This document shows positions 63,537-64,000 of a DNA stretch of 64,000 nt, one piece after another. Source of the DNA: a virus; IMG/VR virus record IMGVR_UViG_3300035703_000058, positions 11,418-75,417 of that record. One strand, given 5' to 3'. Positions within the stretch are counted from its first letter, which is position 1; each line of letters begins with the position of its first letter. A program made the position numbers and the translations under genes. The notes under the pieces are model-generated. The model had not been told where the DNA came from. It worked only from the letters and a program-made list of their open reading frames with translations, and searched no databases.

Positions 63537-63806
63537 TTACTTGCCAGCGTTGGCGGCCAGCATTCGCCGCATACCCCCGCAAGGCCGATGCCGCGCGTGG
63601 CAGCTCCAGCGGGTCAGCCGCGCCCGATCGGCGGCGTCCAGCTCGGGCAGCGCCGCCGAGAGCCCGGCCTCCCACTCTCCGCCCGCGCGGAGGGGGCAGG
63701 CATGGCATCGGGTAGGCGCGCCCCGGGCATCCTCCTCTCGCGCGGCGAGGCGCCATACGTCGGCGCGCTCGGGGACGATGTGGAGGAGGGCGCGGGCAAT
63801 GCTCAT
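63537..63806 (-). CDS. small Cys/His protein
   Basis: CHACPLR...CH...PC.G; ATG overlaps the stop of an upstream ORF entering from the window edge. Confidence 0.55.
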   Translation of the reverse strand: MSIARALLHIVPERADVWRLAAREEDARGAPTRCHACPLRAGGEWEAGLSAALPELDAADRARLTRWSCHARHRPCGGMRRMLAANAGK

Positions 63807-64000
63807 GATTTCGCCTCGCAGTCGCGGCACCGGGGAGCGCCCCGCGCGGGTCGCCACCCGCGGCGCACTCGGCGCTTGCAGATCGCGATGGCGTCGGTGG
63901 GCTCGCGGAGCCTGTGCGCGACCCGGCCCCACACGATCCACCCGTCGGCGGGCATCATGCCCAGCCCGCGCGCTCGCATCGCCGCCAGCTCGTCCGCTGC

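Noticed and set aside
58260-63545. Dispersed AT-rich repeats as CRISPR repeats or att sites
   Set aside because: They resolve into -35/-10 promoters with 17-18 bp spacing, kilobases apart.

Overview
This window is about 64 kb of a very GC-rich tailed phage or prophage genome with a contractile tail (myovirus-type); no host-chromosome genes or integrase are visible. Left to right it contains: (1) a leftward early arm with two tandem sigma70-like genes, a DEDDh exonuclease, a Cas4/AddB-like nuclease, a Gp3-like recombination protein and a nucleotidyltransferase; (2) a cI/cro-like switch with 15-bp ATGTG-N5-CACAT operators; (3) a rightward arm with RecU, three DNA methyltransferases, DUF1643, a replication initiator with internal iterons, DnaB and a third sigma-like factor; (4) terminase, head and tail genes; (5) a tRNA(CAU) converging on an 8-kb minus-strand operon; (6) a lipoprotein gene and an inverted baseplate/fibre block; (7) a second structural/adhesin operon; (8) small early genes behind repeated sigma70 promoters. 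The most notable element is the operon in (5): an array-less type IV-B-like Cas effector module (csf1, cas11-like, csf2, csf3) translationally coupled to an amino-methyltransferase, a helicase-like remnant, IbrA/IbrB-like genes, a CysH-like PP-loop enzyme and an HTH gene whose stop codon overlaps the tRNA 3' end. Other highlights are a portal fused to an Acb1-like 2H phosphoesterase flanked by R-x-D motifs, a putative late-promoter motif CGCGATAGCC that often lies 7-8 nt before start codons, a possible SinI-like antirepressor, and a C5-methyltransferase-like gene broken by a G10 tract. All family assignments come from motif recognition by eye; no database searches were run.
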